Source: Nitrososphaerota archaeon (lineage in GTDB: Archaea; Thermoproteota; Nitrososphaeria; Nitrososphaerales; Nitrosopumilaceae). From it: a stretch of 32,000 bases of DNA. The stretch is taken from positions 67,667-99,666 of the forward strand of contig JAGWGU010000002.1 in the NCBI GenBank assembly GCA_028867275.1, written 5' to 3'. The notes below the pieces were generated by a model. It had not been told where the DNA came from and searched no databases. It saw only the letters and a program-made list of their open reading frames with translations. The first letter of the stretch is position 1. Each line of letters begins with the position of its first letter. This document shows positions 1 to 8,711 of this stretch, in pieces. A program made the position numbers and the translations under genes.

Positions 1-224
1 TTAGCTGTTACCACTTGATCTGTCTCTGACAGGACACCGTTGATAGATTTTATCAAGTTGCCCGCTTTTTCCATTATTTGTGAGTGATGCAAGTCAAACC
101 TGTTTTTTCGCGATTTTGCATTTCTCGAGTTTAGTCTAAGTTTATTGTTACAACAAGGACAGCGTATCCCAATAGATAACGAGTCTACAAATATACCGCA
201 TACAGAGCAAGGCCTTTGTCCCAC
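1..224 (-). CDS. Partial small zinc-ribbon protein (3' end runs off the window start)
   Basis: Absent from the ORF track because it is truncated. The minus frame is open from GTG at 224 to position 1. Translation MGQRPCSVCGIFVDSLSIGIRCPCCNNKLRLNSRNAKSRKNRFDLHHSQIMEKAGNLIKSINGVLSETDQVVTA... shows CxxC...CxCC zinc-ribbon spacing. GTG is the only in-frame start; an in-frame TAA lies at 279-281. Confidence 0.35.
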   Translation of the reverse strand, partial: MGQRPCSVCGIFVDSLSIGIRCPCCNNKLRLNSRNAKSRKNRFDLHHSQIMEKAGNLIKSINGVLSETDQVVTA

Positions 225-539
225 TGCAAAACGGTATCCTCCTAGTGGCTTTTTTGCCGCAAACCTATAGCAAATTCCCTTACACTTCAAATTTCAAATT
301 CTCCTTTGCTATGAAAATACACTTCATTCTAAATAAAATAGACTGGCATTAACAAAACCTAGTCACACGTATTTTTATGCAACTAGAACAAGGTTGTCAA
401 CTTCATACCATGGGTATGAGGCATGAAATTCAATGAAAACACCTGTTTTATACTATCAGTCACAAACGGACTGCAAATATAGGTTCTCGTCTTTTTCTTT
501 CAATCAATAACCTGCGGCATTCTTCGCTAATTTACGAAT

Positions 540-1043
540 CTAGTGAACTACCATTACAGGGCATGACGAATTTTCCAACACGTGTCTACTGACACTCCCG
601 AGGACCTTGATTTTTTTAATTCCTCGTAGACCCTGACTGCCCATGACAATCAGATCGTTTTCATTTCTTTTTGCATAATCAATTATTGCTTTTGATGGAC
701 TTTCAGTCACGACCTTATATCGTGCATCAACCCCCTTGTCCGTACAATACTTGACACTTTCTTTCAGAATATGATTTGCCTCATCAAATGCTTTCTTTAC
801 ATATTCATCTATTGCCCTTGTTGCACCTTTACCTTTTACCACTCCAGAGATTGCGATTCCTGGAGGCCGCGCAGCAGAGGTTGTAACTGCCATCAAGAGA
901 TCGATTTTTGCATCGAGTTTTTTTGATAATCTAATAGCTTCGCCTAGTGCTCTTTTTGAATACTCTGATCCATCAACTGGAACAAGTATACTGGAGTAAT
1001 TTTGTACCATAACCCAAGTTTGTTTCCCAAGTTTTATAGCCAT
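540..1043 (-). CDS. Universal stress protein (UspA family)
   Basis: 167 aa. N-terminal ILVPVDGSEYSKRAL and C-terminal GSQGLRGIKKIKVLGSVSRHVLENSSCPVMVV match the USP ATP-binding fold pattern. Confidence 0.85.
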   Translation of the reverse strand: MAIKLGKQTWVMVQNYSSILVPVDGSEYSKRALGEAIRLSKKLDAKIDLLMAVTTSAARPPGIAISGVVKGKGATRAIDEYVKKAFDEANHILKESVKYCTDKGVDARYKVVTESPSKAIIDYAKRNENDLIVMGSQGLRGIKKIKVLGSVSRHVLENSSCPVMVVH

Positions 1044-1118
1044 TGATGAATATCATTTGTGATAATCATCAAGGACATGGTGTAGATATTTTATGATTTA
1101 CAACTTCAAAAAACTGGT

Positions 1119-1838
1119 TTAATTTTGTTGTTTGTTGCGTGTAACTGCAATTACTGCAATCACCACCCCTGCAATGCCTATTCCAATCCCAGTCATGCTT
1201 ATCATGTACAACTTATCAGTAGTGTCTTTAACATCACCAAATGATTTTGAAACATCAGCATACCCTTTTGCAGCTACATCAGCACTGTTCTTTGCGTCAT
1301 TTATGTCACTAGTAAGTTGACTTAGTATGGTTCCAAGTTTTGAGCTGATATTTTGCATGTCGGTATTACTTGTACTACTGCCCACCTGAGGAAAGTTCAA
1401 TGTGTCTGAGCTTAATACTTCATCAAGGGGTATCTCACCACTAACGTCTTGATCTTCAACCTTACCATTTATGGCAAGACTGTATTGTCCGGTTTTTGTA
1501 GGAATCACAGTGGCATCATATTCACCATTAGTAGTAGTGCTAGGTAGAAAATCAAGCTGTTTTACTGCATTTCCATATTTTATCGATAATTGTAAATTTG
1601 CAAGTGCATTAATTACAGGTTTACCAGTGTCAAGATGACTTCCCTTTACAACAACAACTACGACATGATTAATTTGACCTGTTAGAGGAGGCTCCTCTAA
1701 CCATCCAACTTCAACAAGATAATTTCCAAATGCTTTTGTTATGTGAGCAGATGCAGGTTGCAAAACAAGACCAGAAAGAGGTGCAGATAACGACACTATT
1801 GCTACTATGACAATTATTGCAAGAATTCTTGTGTTCAT
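1119..1838 (-). CDS. Secreted, C-terminally membrane-anchored beta-rich protein with predicted mature N-terminal His (candidate copper-binding protein)
   Basis: 239 aa. Signal peptide MNTRILAIIVIVAIVSLSAPLSGLVLQPASA|HITKAF with an AxA cleavage motif. C-terminal TM segment GIGIGIAGVVIAVIAV followed by TRNKQQN. It sits in the cluster with CopCD. Confidence 0.7.
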   Translation of the reverse strand: MNTRILAIIVIVAIVSLSAPLSGLVLQPASAHITKAFGNYLVEVGWLEEPPLTGQINHVVVVVVKGSHLDTGKPVINALANLQLSIKYGNAVKQLDFLPSTTTNGEYDATVIPTKTGQYSLAINGKVEDQDVSGEIPLDEVLSSDTLNFPQVGSSTSNTDMQNISSKLGTILSQLTSDINDAKNSADVAAKGYADVSKSFGDVKDTTDKLYMISMTGIGIGIAGVVIAVIAVTRNKQQN

Positions 1839-1864
1839 TGTAATATTACATAATTCCCTGATAT

Positions 1865-2830
1865 TTATCGCAAACCTTTCAGTCTAGTGATTGTGATTAC
1901 ACCAGCGACAGAGATCAAAGTCAATAAGACTGGCAATGGAAATTCAGGCACAGCGGCATTTGGATTACCTGCTGTAGTAGATGATGATTCAAGAGGAACG
2001 TTATAGCCAGAGATAAGACCCGGATGAATACCCTCATGAACATCCATCATTATTGTATTCCCATCAGCCTTTGCATTAAGATCAGAAATTAACTTTGTAA
2101 ATGCATCAGAGATCTTGCTGTTGTATGTATTTGATGGATTTTTCGATGCAACATCACTAAACATTTGTTGTGCAGACATAGCAAGTGCAATGGAGTTGTC
2201 ATAAGCATTTTGGTCAACAATGGCCTGAGGTTGTGGTGCCATACTCATTCCATTCATACTTCCGCTGCTACTCATTCCACCAGTATTGTTACCGTTCTTC
2301 ATGTTGTTCATATTCATGTTACTCATGTCAGTCAAGTCCACAGTGGAATTGATAGCAGTACCATATTTTTCCAACACTTCCTTTGATACATACGCTACTG
2401 CCAAAGCCTGAATTGTAGAATTGTTTGCCTTGTCAGGATCAACTCTTGCTTGAAGTGCTTCTGCCAGATAACCGTTAAGATCAGAGATGTGAGAATCAAC
2501 ACTGGCAGAATCACCAGACTTTGCCGCCTCAAGGGTGGCATTAATGGTATCAGGAATTTCCTTTGCTAAAAGGGAATTACGTTCGCCCATTTCCTTTGTG
2601 TCATTTGCGTTCCAATATTCATTTAGTGCATCAGCATAATAACCAATAGAGTCAGCATTTCCAATATTTTTTGCGACTTGGTTAACTTCTGCCTTTATCT
2701 CATATGTCTTTGCGATAAAGGTGGCACTTTGATCTCCACCAAAATTGTGAGCAAATGCAGGATGTGTGTAAATCATACCTACAACTATAATTCCTGCTAA
2801 ACATAATGCTACTACTTTTTTCACGTACAT
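1865..2830 (-). CDS. Secreted helical Met-rich protein with PEFG-CTERM-like sorting signal and predicted mature N-terminal His
   Basis: 321 aa. Signal peptide MYVKKVVALCLAGIIVVGMIYTHPAFA|HNFGG. The Met-rich tract MSNMNMNNMKNGNNTGGMSSSGSMNGMSM has 8 Met in 29 aa (nt 2240-2326). The C-terminus VPEFPLPVLLTLISVAGVITITRLKGLR has a PEF motif, a TM helix and a basic tail. Confidence 0.75.
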   Translation of the reverse strand: MYVKKVVALCLAGIIVVGMIYTHPAFAHNFGGDQSATFIAKTYEIKAEVNQVAKNIGNADSIGYYADALNEYWNANDTKEMGERNSLLAKEIPDTINATLEAAKSGDSASVDSHISDLNGYLAEALQARVDPDKANNSTIQALAVAYVSKEVLEKYGTAINSTVDLTDMSNMNMNNMKNGNNTGGMSSSGSMNGMSMAPQPQAIVDQNAYDNSIALAMSAQQMFSDVASKNPSNTYNSKISDAFTKLISDLNAKADGNTIMMDVHEGIHPGLISGYNVPLESSSTTAGNPNAAVPEFPLPVLLTLISVAGVITITRLKGLR

Positions 2831-2884
2831 CGTTAATTACATGTTATTTAAAAAGATTATAGTACAAACATCGAATGAAATTTT

Positions 2885-5800
2885 TTGAAAATTCTTGAAA
2901 ACAGAAATACTGAAAAACTTAGCAAGGATGAAATAGTAATAAGACAATTTGGATACTACTTGAAAAAATCACAAAAACAAAAACTAATTATTTTTTTGTT
3001 GATTGTTTCACCATTAGCAATTCTAACAATTTCTCACATTCCAAATTCATATGCACATGCATTAATAGCAAACAGTGATCCAAAACCATCACAGTCACTT
3101 AGTTCCCCGCCATCAAAGATTGATGTTTACTTTACAGATCCAGTAGACATCCATTACAGCCAAATTAAAGTTCTTGATCCCACAGGAAAAGAAATTGAAA
3201 ACAAGGATGAACAATACATCAAGGGTGATCAGACTGCTCTTACTGTAACTCTACCTTCAGGACTTACAAATGGAGTATATACTGTGTCCACAAAGGTCTT
3301 GGACCAAACAGATGGTCATGTTACGGAAAATGCTTTTGTCTTTGCAGTAGGTGTACAAGCTCCATCGTCACCAACAACAAAAGCTGTTAGTTATTCAGAT
3401 GTCATTTCCATACCAGATGCAGTAGCAAGATTTCCTGCCATACTAGGTCAAGTAATTGTAGTCGGTACAGCATTTTCCACACTATGGTTATGGAGGCCAG
3501 TAGGAAAAATAAATGGACTTCAAAAAATCATGTACAATGTTCGTCTCAACACGGACCGACGCGCTTCTACGCTAATGCTCATAGGCGCTGTAGTAGTATT
3601 TGCTTCTGGTTTTGGTATGATATTATCCGTAGCATATTCACTTAACACAGGATTTGCAGATGCAGTTCTGACAAAATTTGGCCAGTCATGGCTAATCCGA
3701 ATGATCTTTTCATCAGCATTACTTGCGTTAACATCTATCTTGTATTTGAGACAAAGAAAATCAAATTTGGAAATTCCTACCGGATGGACTGCTGCAATAC
3801 TTGTCACCGGTTTTGCAGTTCTTGCAACTACAAGCATAATAAGTCATGGTGCTGCAATTGGCGGTTTACCATTCACACTTGATTTCATACACAATCTTGC
3901 GGCATCAATATGGATTGGAGGTGTCATCTACATTGATTGGGTACTAATCTCAAAACTAAAAGAAATGAAGGACAGTCATACACCGTCTGCAGTCTTATCC
4001 ATGATGATACCAAAATTTTCTACCACCGTATTACCAATACTTGGTGCAGTCTTAATCACAGGGCCATTTTTACTATATCTACTTGAAAGTGATCTTTCAC
4101 TTACGATCTCTTCAATTTATGGAAAAATATTGATTACAAAATTTGTTTTTGCAGGAATCATGCTAGTGGTTGGAGGATATCACCAGATTTCAGTACATAA
4201 CAAAGCAAAATCAATTCTCGCCTCAATGACAAAGAAAGAAACTACTGTCATCAGAGGCGCCATAGCTGGTTCAGAATCTATTGACAATGGTCACCACACA
4301 AAATCACTTTTGAATAAATTTGGCATTAGCGCAAAAATTGAATCTGCTGCAGGGATTGCGTTGATAGTTACTATTGCATTATTGGTAAACTCTGGTCTTC
4401 CTGCAACAGAGTTTCAAGATCAGATAATACAAAAATCAAGTGCATTTGCGTTGTCACTTCCAGATCATTCAACTACGGTTTTTTCAGATACTAGATTTGT
4501 GGACAATGGAAACAGAATAACAGTGGCAATAGATCCATACTATGTTGGTTCCAACAATATCAAAATTTCATTCTTGGACAATCAAGGAAAACCGCTTGAT
4601 ACAACAGATATTTTTGTCTCGTTAAATCAAATTGACAGGGGAATTGGTCCATTAAGCCTCAATGCGACTCAAGTTTCCAACGGAGTGTTTACAATAGATA
4701 CTGACGCTATAACCATACCTGGAAATTGGAAGATGGAGGTACAAGGAACGCCCAATACCGCAAACGCATTGAGCCTAGTAGCCACCTATAATTTAATTTT
4801 CAAACCCCAACCCAGTCAAATGACAGCTAACATACAAGAATTTAAAATTCCAGATAATTCAACAATGCCACTTGTCCCAATATACGATAAGCAAAGAAAC
4901 GTGGTGTGGTTTGGAGATTCAAAAATTGGAAGTGGAAGACTGTTTGATTTCAACCTAGATTCAAAGAAATTCACAGAGCATAAGATCAACAATGTAAATT
5001 TGATTACATCAATAGTACTGGATAATAAAAATACCATTTGGTACATTGACCCCATAAACAAAACACTAGGCAATTTTGATCCTTCAGACAATTCGAACAA
5101 GTTGTATACTCTACCCACCAAAGGAATTCTTTCTGGCATAGCATATGACGGAACAGATAACATATGGCTGTCAGCATCAAGTACGGACGAGGTTCTAAAG
5201 TACAACATCATCAGCAGTAAATTTACTTCAATCAAGCTTCCTGCCGGATCAGTTCCACTTGGAATCTATGTCGACCAGGTAGCAAATCAAACTTGGGTTA
5301 CAGAGAGTGGAACTGGAAAAATTGCAAACATAAATGGTTCCAACATGCAATTAATTTCCGAGTACCCTACAAAAAATCAAAATATCACACTTGCTAGCCC
5401 TACTGCCATAGTTGCAGATCCACTTTCAGAAAATCTTTTCATATCAGAGCATGACGGAAAAGCAATTACTAAATTTGATCCATTATTGAAAACGTTTACA
5501 AGATACAATCTAGACCAAAATGGATTGCCTTTTGGCATGGTTTTTGACAACAATAATGAGATATGGATAGCACAACACACATTAGATAAAATTGCAGTGG
5601 TTGATCCTCGAACAGGAAACACAAACGAGTTTTCCATCCCAACGGAGTCTTCCTTTACCCAGTACCTGACTGCTGATGCAGACGGTCATCCAATTTTAGC
5701 AGAACAGAGATCTCATGCAATAGCCATAGTCACCACAACAGCAAATCCGTCATCACCAGTTAAAAATTCACAATCTACTTTGCCAATCACTAATTTGGGA

Positions 5801-5923
5801 TTTTCATACAGCGATTTAGCTGCACCTTCCATCATGATTGGTTTTATAGGAGTTGCATATTTCTATGCTAGATCAGCACTAGACCTTCAAAATAATACCA
5901 ACAAAGTAAAACAGATTTTTTAA
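2885..5923 (+). CDS. copCD: CopC-CopD copper transport/resistance fusion protein with YtkA-like Ig domain and C-terminal beta-propeller (Vgb/NHL-like repeats)
   Basis: 1012 aa. CopC hallmark begins at the mature N-terminus (NSYA|HALIANSDP, His codon 3056-3058) and includes GVYTVSTKVLDQTDGHVTENAFVFAVG. A multi-TM CopD-like region covers about nt 3410-4400. An Ig-like YtkA-type segment (NRITVAIDPYYVGSNNIKISFLDNQGKPL...GNWKMEVQG) follows. Then come about six repeats of the type NxIWFxD...I..FDP (about nt 4835-5720) and a final TM helix. There is no in-frame ATG near the N-terminus. The start is TTG at 2885, or TTG at 2960, which gives a cleaner signal peptide (MKKSQKQKLIIFLL...). Confidence 0.88.
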   Translation: MKILENRNTEKLSKDEIVIRQFGYYLKKSQKQKLIIFLLIVSPLAILTISHIPNSYAHALIANSDPKPSQSLSSPPSKIDVYFTDPVDIHYSQIKVLDPTGKEIENKDEQYIKGDQTALTVTLPSGLTNGVYTVSTKVLDQTDGHVTENAFVFAVGVQAPSSPTTKAVSYSDVISIPDAVARFPAILGQVIVVGTAFSTLWLWRPVGKINGLQKIMYNVRLNTDRRASTLMLIGAVVVFASGFGMILSVAYSLNTGFADAVLTKFGQSWLIRMIFSSALLALTSILYLRQRKSNLEIPTGWTAAILVTGFAVLATTSIISHGAAIGGLPFTLDFIHNLAASIWIGGVIYIDWVLISKLKEMKDSHTPSAVLSMMIPKFSTTVLPILGAVLITGPFLLYLLESDLSLTISSIYGKILITKFVFAGIMLVVGGYHQISVHNKAKSILASMTKKETTVIRGAIAGSESIDNGHHTKSLLNKFGISAKIESAAGIALIVTIALLVNSGLPATEFQDQIIQKSSAFALSLPDHSTTVFSDTRFVDNGNRITVAIDPYYVGSNNIKISFLDNQGKPLDTTDIFVSLNQIDRGIGPLSLNATQVSNGVFTIDTDAITIPGNWKMEVQGTPNTANALSLVATYNLIFKPQPSQMTANIQEFKIPDNSTMPLVPIYDKQRNVVWFGDSKIGSGRLFDFNLDSKKFTEHKINNVNLITSIVLDNKNTIWYIDPINKTLGNFDPSDNSNKLYTLPTKGILSGIAYDGTDNIWLSASSTDEVLKYNIISSKFTSIKLPAGSVPLGIYVDQVANQTWVTESGTGKIANINGSNMQLISEYPTKNQNITLASPTAIVADPLSENLFISEHDGKAITKFDPLLKTFTRYNLDQNGLPFGMVFDNNNEIWIAQHTLDKIAVVDPRTGNTNEFSIPTESSFTQYLTADADGHPILAEQRSHAIAIVTTTANPSSPVKNSQSTLPITNLGFSYSDLAAPSIMIGFIGVAYFYARSALDLQNNTNKVKQIF

Positions 5924-6325
5924 TACCAAATGTGTACACCGAGATGAAACCACATACATAGAGTCAGAAGACAATCTAGTACCAACACATGCTATGAAAT
6001 AAATTTCGTGCCTTGAAAGAGTCTCACATATCAAAGATGGATACCATTAATCACTCGAAATTGAATTATAAGATTTTACAACCATAACACATGAAACAGA
6101 TTTTCAAATTACAACTCAGATCTTTGCTGCATGGGCGCACGTTTTCCATACAGCGGAGATATGAGAAGGATGAAGTCGAACCGATACGCTGTGTATATCA
6201 CATACCATTTCACAAAATAAGGAAAGTGGTACATTCATCGAATATACCATTCATGATACATCAGTTCAAGAAATTAGAACTCATTCGAGAGTTGTACCAG
6301 TTCGTTTAAATTCAATTTTAGACCA

Positions 6326-6727
6326 ATGTATGCCATGTCCAAGTATGACAGCATAATAGAAAACAGGTCCAATTTACTGACTCTGATTATGTTTGCGGTC
6401 ATAGGTGTTTTGGCAATACCAGTAATCTTACCACACATTTTCCACAAATTTCAGATCTTTCACATACTCATTCATCTCAGCGGCATAAGTCTGGCAGTAT
6501 TTTTAAGCATAATATCTGCAATTGCATATTCTAGAGTTAAAACCAAGAGATTATTTTTCACAATGCTTGCATTTTCACTTTTTGTAATAGCAGAGGCATT
6601 ATCTCTTGTAGATGCAGCATGGCAATACACGTATTATTTGGGCCCATTCCCAGCAGGCGAGCTTGGGCATTTCTTTGAGTTATCAACGCTTGGAATGTTT
6701 GCACTCAGTGTGTTTAGGAAGGATTAA
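6326..6727 (+). CDS. Integral membrane protein (4 predicted TM helices), unknown function
   Basis: 133 aa, hydrophobic helices throughout. Its stop TAA (6725-6727) lies 1 nt before the ATG of the next gene. Confidence 0.6.
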   Translation: MYAMSKYDSIIENRSNLLTLIMFAVIGVLAIPVILPHIFHKFQIFHILIHLSGISLAVFLSIISAIAYSRVKTKRLFFTMLAFSLFVIAEALSLVDAAWQYTYYLGPFPAGELGHFFELSTLGMFALSVFRKD

Positions 6728-6728
6728 C

Positions 6729-7226
6729 ATGAATAGAGAAATAGAGATCATAAGCATTATTGAAAAAAATCCAGGAATAAAATTCAGGGAGATAATGAGG
6801 GAGACAGGATTAAAGAATGGAGTTCTAAGCTATCATGCAAGAAAACTAGAAGAGAATGGAAGTGTAAAGATAGATAGAAAATCTGGAGAGACTAGATTCT
6901 ATCCTCTTTTTGTCACAGAAGAAGAATCAATGTTGATAACAAGTCTTAGGCGAGACACACAAAGATACATCTTATTATCATTGTTAGAAGGCAAACTGCT
7001 TTCATTCAACGAGATAGTTCAAAAAGTGAAAAAGGCCCCTTCCACGGTTTCGACATTTCTTGCAAAACTTGTTGATGATGAAATAGTAGAGATAAAAATC
7101 ATAGAACTAAAGAAAGTATACTTTTTGAAAAACCCAGATATGGTACATGAAATTATAGAAAGATACAGCCCAGTATTACTTGAGAGAACTGCGTATAACT
7201 TTGCAGATACGTTCTCAAACCTTTAG
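6729..7226 (+). CDS. Tandem winged-helix (ArsR/MarR-like) transcriptional regulator
   Basis: I take the start as ATG 6729 (MNREIEIISIIEKNPGIKFREIMRETGLKNGVLSYHARKLEENGSV). The track start at 6612 would overlap the upstream membrane gene. A second wHTH follows (RYILLSLLEGKLLSFNEIVQKVKKAPSTVSTFLAKLVDDEIVE). Confidence 0.75.
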   Translation: MNREIEIISIIEKNPGIKFREIMRETGLKNGVLSYHARKLEENGSVKIDRKSGETRFYPLFVTEEESMLITSLRRDTQRYILLSLLEGKLLSFNEIVQKVKKAPSTVSTFLAKLVDDEIVEIKIIELKKVYFLKNPDMVHEIIERYSPVLLERTAYNFADTFSNL

Positions 7227-7343
7227 CAATAATCAACATATTTCCAAGTACAGGTGTTGTGTTCTGATACATAAAAAAACCAATGCGATCATACGAGAAT
7301 CGGCCTACTATTTATTTAGAGTTACAAGATAAGACACTACGAA

Positions 7344-8711
7344 TTGACGAGTATACCAATCCTGCTTGCCATTACATGTATTTTATTTCCAAGTTTTATT
7401 CTCTTGTCAGCTTATGGAGATGGACTTGCAAGTGAGATACTTCCTCCTGCAATGATTGGAAACAAGAATGTTACACTATCAATCAATTCTTCACCTTTTT
7501 TGATTGACAACAATCATGTTGGTACTCAAATAAACTTCGTTTTACAGGATGCCTCAAATCAAGAGCCATTCCAAGAGGTAACACTTGCTGTTTCTGCCTT
7601 CAAAAATGACCAAGCACTTTTTGGCCATGTATTTATGAGCGACAGTGGTAATTTTCTGTTCGATGTAGTACCAGACAATTCTTCAGACAAAATTTCAATA
7701 AGCGAGCAGGGAGGAATATTTCCTGGCTTCTTGGGTCACAGTGGAAGTTACCAGATAAAGGGACCAGTTTTTGCATCAGGTGGATTGTACAAGTTCAAGA
7801 TAGATGTTCTCACAATGGGTTCCTATAATAATCAAATTAGTAAATCATACAATGCTGCAATATCAATTCCAGAGACCAAAGAATACCACATAAATGACAA
7901 CGAAGACGGCAAGCAGACAGTTACAATAATTGCATATTATGATCAGATTGGAAATTTCCAGTATGATTCAGACAAGAAGAAGATGAGTTTTTCAATGCCG
8001 TTCAACTGGAATCAAGACAACCTAAAACAAGTAACAGTGGTACATCAAGAACTCAAGATACCAAGAACATTTACCAATTTCATAGTTACAAAGTATAATG
8101 CATATGTAAATGGAGTAGAGTTGCCAGATAATGCAGTCAGCATAGATGATTATTCCTCTGATGAATACAGAATCCTACACCTTATACTATACAAGAAGGA
8201 AGTAAACGCCATTGCGGCACAACAAAGTTCCAAACCAGAGATGGACTTTACAATTTCGCCAAGCAATGAAACAGCATTTCCAATAACACAGTACACAAGA
8301 AATGCCCAGTACAAAGTAAGCCTTAGTTGGGATCCGCCAAAAATCATTTCAGGTCAGACAACAAGATTTAGTTTCCAGATTCTTGATCCATACCTGACAA
8401 ACAAGACAGTAAATTCTATAGATTATGACTTTTCCATAATAGCCGGAAAAAATGGGCTGATGTTCCACAAGAGTGGCACAACCAACAATAACGATAACCC
8501 AAATACAATTGATGTCAATTTCCCAGCAAACTATTCAGGCCCCATCACAATTGGATTTGAGAATCTAAATGGAAACAGTTTTGCAGACTCGGAAATCTCA
8601 GGAATTGTTTCAAAGCCTCGCATAGTTCCAGAATTTCCCGCAGGAGCACTGATTATTACAGTAGCCATATTTTCACTAGCAATCATGCTTCCAAGACTTG
8701 CAAAAAGATGA
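7344..8711 (+). CDS. Secreted surface protein with PEFG-CTERM-like sorting signal
   Basis: 455 aa. Signal peptide MTSIPILLAITCILFPSFILLSAYG. C-terminus RIVPEFPAGALIITVAIFSLAIMLPRLAKR. TTG start; the first in-frame Met lies after the signal peptide. Confidence 0.8.
   Translation: MTSIPILLAITCILFPSFILLSAYGDGLASEILPPAMIGNKNVTLSINSSPFLIDNNHVGTQINFVLQDASNQEPFQEVTLAVSAFKNDQALFGHVFMSDSGNFLFDVVPDNSSDKISISEQGGIFPGFLGHSGSYQIKGPVFASGGLYKFKIDVLTMGSYNNQISKSYNAAISIPETKEYHINDNEDGKQTVTIIAYYDQIGNFQYDSDKKKMSFSMPFNWNQDNLKQVTVVHQELKIPRTFTNFIVTKYNAYVNGVELPDNAVSIDDYSSDEYRILHLILYKKEVNAIAAQQSSKPEMDFTISPSNETAFPITQYTRNAQYKVSLSWDPPKIISGQTTRFSFQILDPYLTNKTVNSIDYDFSIIAGKNGLMFHKSGTTNNNDNPNTIDVNFPANYSGPITIGFENLNGNSFADSEISGIVSKPRIVPEFPAGALIITVAIFSLAIMLPRLAKR

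Noticed and set aside
1042-1071. Imperfect palindrome TTGATGA...TCATCAA at the usp start, and the UGAUGA-like box there, considered as a C/D-box sRNA or operator
   Set aside because: There are no D or D' (CUGA) boxes or terminal stem, so it is not a C/D sRNA. It may be a regulatory site, but the inner part of the palindrome is imperfect and the evidence is too thin to call.
3520-5637. Track ORFs 3520..3837(-), 3688..3882(+), 4816..5235(-) and 5377..5637(-)
   Set aside because: They are embedded in or out of frame with the continuous 1012-aa copCD reading frame. No independent start context or motifs.
6612-6728. Long version of the wHTH regulator ORF starting at 6612
   Set aside because: It overlaps the 3' third of the membrane-protein gene in another frame. 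ATG 6729 sits 1 nt after that gene's stop and opens directly into the wHTH domain.
8158-8164. Other CUGAUGA heptamers (8158-8164 and 21627-21633) checked as possible additional hammerheads
   Set aside because: Neither is followed by a helix II hairpin plus GAAA, nor by a UH cleavage triplet with flanking complementarity. Both lie in or at coding sequence, and 21627 overlaps the hydrolase ATG. Minus-strand occurrences (complements at about 3706, 5208 and 27621) fail in the same way.
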